Shown: positions 16,342 to 20,203 of the stretch, piece after piece
Layout of the letters: each line of letters starts with the position of its first letter
Numbering within the stretch: the stretch's first letter is position 1
From: Myxococcales bacterium
GTDB taxonomy: Bacteria; Myxococcota_A; UBA9042; JABWCM01; BTVJ01
NCBI GenBank assembly: GCA_045863395.1
Contig: BTVJ01000116.1
Span: forward strand, 1 to 20,203
Reading direction: 5' to 3'
DNA: 20,203 bases
Notes under the pieces: generated by a model
The model's database searches: none
Told to the model about the DNA's origin: nothing
What the model saw: the letters and a program-made list of their open reading frames with translations, nothing else
Made by a program: the position numbers and the translations under genes

Positions 16342-17865
16342 CTACAGCGCCGCGCCGAGCATGACGCGACCACCCCACACCGGATCCATGGAGCCGCCCT
16401 CGAAGGCGGTGCCCGGCACGAACACACCGCCCTCGGCGCCCACCTCGATCTCGACACCGTGGACCAGCACGCGGAAGCGGGCGCCGAGGTCGAACTCCGT
16501 ACCCAGGTACGTGCCCGGCTTCGAATCGAACGCATTGCGCGCCTCGCCGCCGGCCAGGCGGGTGTGGAGCGGATCGATGACCTCCACCTCGGAGAACGCG
16601 ACCAGCGGGCCGCCGTAGATCTCCAGCCCGTCCACAGGGCGCACCCACCCGCGGGGGAAGATCGCGACCGTGTTGGTCACGCTCCCCCGGGTGGCCACAC
16701 GATCCAGGTCCTCCGACGGCACGCCCACCAGGTCCGGGTTGGACGCGACCACCGGCGCCCGCGCGCTCTGGGCGGCGAGCACCGTGCGGTAGAGCACGAG
16801 CCCCTGCTCGAAGTTGCGGTCTGCGCGGAAGGCGTTCTGGGCCGCATCGTCGAGATTCCGATCACCGCTGGCGTAGGTCAGGTCGAGCACGGCGCCGCCC
16901 ATGCCCCCGTCGAAGCCGAAGCGCAGCGCGCCGCCGAGCTGCAGCACGTCGTGGGTCGTGTGCTCCGGGTTCGGCGCGAGCGTGGTGTCGCCGAAGATGA
17001 TGGCGCCCTCTGCTTCAATCGTGATCGCCATGCCGTCGAGCTCGTGGCGGTATCGGCCGTGGACGTCGACCACGCCGACGCGGGTCAGGTCGCCGTCGGA
17101 GGCCTCCTGCTCCCGGTAGACACCGTAGATGCCGGCCCCCCACGGCAGCCCCGTGCCGACGCTGGCGCCGAAGACCGCCTGCCACGCCTCGTCGCCGGGG
17201 AACAGCACGTCGTCGCTCCAGACGGAGTCGATGCCCGCGAAGATCACGAGGCGCGCGTCGGTGTGGGGCCCCGTCGCCAGCAGGCCGCGGGCGACCACGT
17301 CGCCACCCCGCGGGTCCACGAAGGAGGCGCTCCCGTACTCGTAGCGCCGCCCGCCGTCGTTGGCGAGCAGGCCGAGCCCCCAGTGGCTGGTGGTGAAGCC
17401 ACCGCCGATGGTCAGGTAGGGCCCGATGGACAGGCGCGCAAAGGCCTTGCGCAGCGCCTGCTCCTTGTAGCCCTCGCTGTTCGGCGCGTGGACCGACGGC
17501 GGGCCCTGGTCGTCGCCGCCTCCCCACACCGGACCCGTGAACAGGTCGTGCTCGTACTCCACGAGCAGGCGCACGGGCTTCCAATCTTCGATGGAGTCGA
17601 AGCGCAGGCCCACACGGGCGACCGTGTTGAGCACCAGGTCCGGCGAGAACTCGTCCCCGTCCGCGTCGACCCCGAAGGCGCTGGCCGACTCCAGGCGGCC
17701 CTCGACCCACGCCGTGGCGTCGAAGTGGCTCCCCGCCTTGTCCTTCTCGGCGCCCGCGGCGACGAGCGCCGACCCGGGGCCGCTCTTGGAAGCCTTGGGC
17801 TCCTCCGCCGCCGCAGACCCCGCCAGCAGGGCGAGGGCGAGGCCGGTCCACTGGATCCTTCGCAT
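16342..17865 (-). CDS. Outer-membrane beta-barrel protein (alginate-export/porin-like, hypothetical)
   Basis: Start MRRIQWTGLALALLAGSAAA with AGAGGAG SD; LRKAFARL, SHWGLGLLANDG, YASGD, YLGTEFDLGARF, GGVFVPG motifs of AlgE-like barrels; 507 aa; 9 bp from the hydrolase. Confidence 0.72.
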   Translation of the reverse strand: MRRIQWTGLALALLAGSAAAEEPKASKSGPGSALVAAGAEKDKAGSHFDATAWVEGRLESASAFGVDADGDEFSPDLVLNTVARVGLRFDSIEDWKPVRLLVEYEHDLFTGPVWGGGDDQGPPSVHAPNSEGYKEQALRKAFARLSIGPYLTIGGGFTTSHWGLGLLANDGGRRYEYGSASFVDPRGGDVVARGLLATGPHTDARLVIFAGIDSVWSDDVLFPGDEAWQAVFGASVGTGLPWGAGIYGVYREQEASDGDLTRVGVVDVHGRYRHELDGMAITIEAEGAIIFGDTTLAPNPEHTTHDVLQLGGALRFGFDGGMGGAVLDLTYASGDRNLDDAAQNAFRADRNFEQGLVLYRTVLAAQSARAPVVASNPDLVGVPSEDLDRVATRGSVTNTVAIFPRGWVRPVDGLEIYGGPLVAFSEVEVIDPLHTRLAGGEARNAFDSKPGTYLGTEFDLGARFRVLVHGVEIEVGAEGGVFVPGTAFEGGSMDPVWGGRVMLGAAL

Positions 17866-18055
17866 GGCGTCTCCTCTGCACGCTCGGCGGACGGCCCGCG
17901 TGTGCCCGGCAGGCCCCGGCGTGCATCTTGGCGCGCCACTGTCGATGGATCGCGCGCGGGTGTCAACTCGGCGTGGGAGGTGTGAGAGGTGGGTGTTGCA
18001 ACCGGGCGCGGGCGAGTCGAGGACCCTCCCGGGAGGTGGGGGGGCGTTGCCCCGG

Positions 18056-18892
18056 TCAGTCCTCGTCGTCCTCGTCGTCCTCGTCCTCCCAGTCGTCGTC
18101 CTCCATCTCAGCGAGCACGGCGTCGGCCAGGGAGGCGACCTCCGGGTCGTCGGCGACGGCGAGCGCCTCGAGCAGCTCCTGGGCGCCATCGGGGCGGATC
18201 GTCCCGAGGGCGTAGATCGCCGCGGACCGGACGTCCATGGGGGTGTCCCCCGCGGCCAGCTCCAGCAGACGGGGGCCGGCGTCCTCCAGCACGAGATCCT
18301 CCGCCGCCTGGACGGCGGTGACCAGCATGTCGCCGCTCGCGGCCTGGAGCGCATCCAGCACCTGCTCGTCGAAGCCCTCGCTGTTGCCCATGCAGAACAG
18401 CGCGGTCAGGCGCCAGTCCTCGTCCTCGCTGTCGGCGATGCCGCGGATGGCGTCGGGGTGCCAGTCGAGGGGACCGCGCACCGACGCCTCCAAGGCGCGC
18501 CGGCGCACCAGCTTGGGCTGGGACGTGTCCTCGAACGCCTCGCGCAGGGCGGCCTGGATCCGCACCGCCAGCGCGCTCGCCGTCTCACTCGCCGCAGAGC
18601 CGGCGCCCTCCGCGGCGAGGCGATCCAGGTGCTCGTCCTCCAGCGTGGGCCCGAAGGCGATGGCCGCGCTGCCGCGGATCTCCGGCGCCGCGTCGCTGCG
18701 CACGATGGCGAGCAGCTCCGTCGTCATGTCCTCGTCGATGAGGGGCCACGCGAGGTGCGCCGCCCGCTCCGTCGTCAGCGGGTCCCCGCTGCGCAGGGCG
18801 GCGAGCACGGTCTCCCGCGCGTCGTCCGGCCAGTCCTCGGACGGGGTCAGCTCCAACGTCACCAAGCGATTCGACAGGTCTTTGAGCAACAT
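18056..18892 (-). CDS. HEAT-repeat-like protein with acidic C-terminal tail
   Basis: Repeated units PEIRGSAAIAFG, KLVRRRALEASV, EDWRLTALFCMG, MDVRSAAIYALG, PEVASLADAVL; tail EMEDDDWEDEDDEDDED. Confidence 0.8.
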   Translation of the reverse strand: MLLKDLSNRLVTLELTPSEDWPDDARETVLAALRSGDPLTTERAAHLAWPLIDEDMTTELLAIVRSDAAPEIRGSAAIAFGPTLEDEHLDRLAAEGAGSAASETASALAVRIQAALREAFEDTSQPKLVRRRALEASVRGPLDWHPDAIRGIADSEDEDWRLTALFCMGNSEGFDEQVLDALQAASGDMLVTAVQAAEDLVLEDAGPRLLELAAGDTPMDVRSAAIYALGTIRPDGAQELLEALAVADDPEVASLADAVLAEMEDDDWEDEDDEDDED

Positions 18893-19243
18893 GGCGGGGG
18901 GCTCCGTGGGGCACGGCCAGGGGCGAGGGCTGCAACGGCGCAGCGTCGGCGCTCCCGGCGCCAGGCCAAGGCGGGCAGAGGGTCTGCCCGCGGGCGCCGG
19001 TTGTCAACCAAGGGCGACAGGCGACTTGTTCCTCGCGGTTCCTTCCGCAGCCGCCGTGATCGGCCGGCCACCCCCGAAGACTGCAAGTTACACAGCGACG
19101 GTTACAGGCTGCGCACTCCACCTCCAGCGCTGGGGCCGTCCACCGCCGGCTCACCTTGCGGCACCAGCGACCCCTGCGCTATGGCTTGGCGCGGGGAACG
19201 CGCGACACGACGCCGCGGGGCCCGAGTCACATCGAGGTGGCAC

Positions 19244-20203
19244 ATGGGAAAGAGCATCTTCGTGACGGCGACCCGCCAGGGGTCGGGCAAGAGCGCCATC
19301 GCGCTGGGGCTGATCAGCGCGCTGGAGCGGAACCTGGGCCGGGTCGGCTACTTCAAGCCCATCGGGCATGGTGGTCGGGGGGCGGCCGACATGGACCCGG
19401 ACGTGCGCCTCATGAAGGAGGCGCTCAACCTGGAGCTGCCCGCGCAGGACCTCTGCCCCATCCACATCGACCAGGTCTCCGAGGCCGTGGCCCGTGGGAC
19501 CCTGGACGAGCACCTGGACACGATCCTGGAGGCCTGGGAGCGCGTCCTCGGCGCCCACGACTTCGTGGTCTGCGAGGGGACCGACTACCTCGGCGCCACG
19601 GCGGCCCTGGAGCTGAACATCAACGCGACCCTGTCGAAGACCCTGGACTCGCCGCTGCTGCTCGTCGCGAGCGCGGAGCCGGCCGATGAGGCCAACGGGG
19701 GCTGGCAGGCGGCCCTGGCGAGCACGCTGACCAACATCAGCGCGGTCAAGGAGAGCTTCGACGCGCTGTCCTGCGACCTGTTCGGCGTGGTGGTGAACCG
19801 GGCCGAGGTCACGCACCTGCGGGAGCTCCAGCAGGCGGCCCAGGCAGAGCTGGGGCGCCAGGGCATCCGCCTGCTGGGCACGGTGCCGCGCATGGATCTC
19901 CTGGAGCGTCCCCGCCTCGACGAGATCGTAGCGGCCCTCAACGCCGAGGTCGTAGCGGGAGAGGACCGCCTCGACGGCGTGGCGCAGCGCGTGGTGGTCG
20001 CCGCCATGGGGCTTCAGAACGTGCTGCGTCGCATCCAGCGCGGCGGCCTCGTCCTGACGCCCGGCGACCGGGAGGACATCCTGCTCGGGTGCGCGGCGGC
20101 CTACGCCTCGCCGGCCCTGCCGAGCCCGGCGGGGGTGGTCATGACCTGCGGCTTCGAGCCGTCGGACATCATCAAGAGCTTGGTCATGGACATCACCCGG
20201 GGG
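19244..20203 (+). CDS. pta: Phosphate acetyltransferase, long form (N-terminal P-loop-like and DRTGG domains); runs off the window
   Basis: Not in the ORF track (no stop in window). GAGGTGG SD then MGKSIFVTATRQGSGKSAIALGL…VGYFKPIG…VCEGTDY…LNINATLSKTLDSPLLLV…GVVVNR…LVLTPGDREDILL. The catalytic PTA domain is not visible. Confidence 0.85.
   Translation, partial: MGKSIFVTATRQGSGKSAIALGLISALERNLGRVGYFKPIGHGGRGAADMDPDVRLMKEALNLELPAQDLCPIHIDQVSEAVARGTLDEHLDTILEAWERVLGAHDFVVCEGTDYLGATAALELNINATLSKTLDSPLLLVASAEPADEANGGWQAALASTLTNISAVKESFDALSCDLFGVVVNRAEVTHLRELQQAAQAELGRQGIRLLGTVPRMDLLERPRLDEIVAALNAEVVAGEDRLDGVAQRVVVAAMGLQNVLRRIQRGGLVLTPGDREDILLGCAAAYASPALPSPAGVVMTCGFEPSDIIKSLVMDITRG

Noticed and set aside
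3627..17985. Long antisense or alternate-frame ORFs (3627-5276, 7390-9039, 9772-12318, 12928-14913, 13382-16648, 14926-17985)
   Set aside because: Expected from stop-codon scarcity in high-GC coding DNA; they overlap well-supported genes and show no domain motifs.
18059..18106. Trinucleotide-like (TCG/TCC) repeat
   Set aside because: Simply the codons of the Asp/Glu-rich tail of the HEAT-like protein.
19087..19202. GTTACA direct repeat (19087, 19101) and GG-N10-GC sigma54-like motif upstream of pta
   Set aside because: Short matches; the -12 element lacks TTGC. Too weak to call without TSS data.

Overview
GC-rich bacterial DNA. Gene content suggests Myxococcota or related deltaproteobacteria, which is an inference. 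The window has two parts. (1) Bases 1-~2670 are the distal end of an integron-type gene-cassette array, visibly lower in GC. It has three related attC-like sites: the right half of one at 1-90, a complete 179-bp site at 1124-1302, and one at 2549-2669 whose right arm is missing. They bound cassette 1, a PIN toxin plus RHH antitoxin with its own apparently leaderless sigma70 promoter, and cassette 2, an unknown N-terminal domain fused to a NucS-like PD-(D/E)XK nuclease and a candidate defence gene. The attC-like sites have non-canonical cores (GYCGAAC/GTTCGRC) and central stems built from GATTGCC/GGCAGTC modules. No integrase is in the window. (2) Bases ~2800-20203 are chromosomal backbone: an ADP-forming acyl-CoA synthetase, a lipoprotein/OM-barrel/lipoprotein operon, a divergent lipoprotein plus TonB-domain-fused TonB-dependent receptor behind a promoter and palindromic operator, a Cys-rich secreted protein, a large lipoprotein lipase-like hydrolase paired with an OM barrel, a HEAT-repeat-like protein, and the 5' part of pta. 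All product calls come from motifs read by eye; no searches were run.
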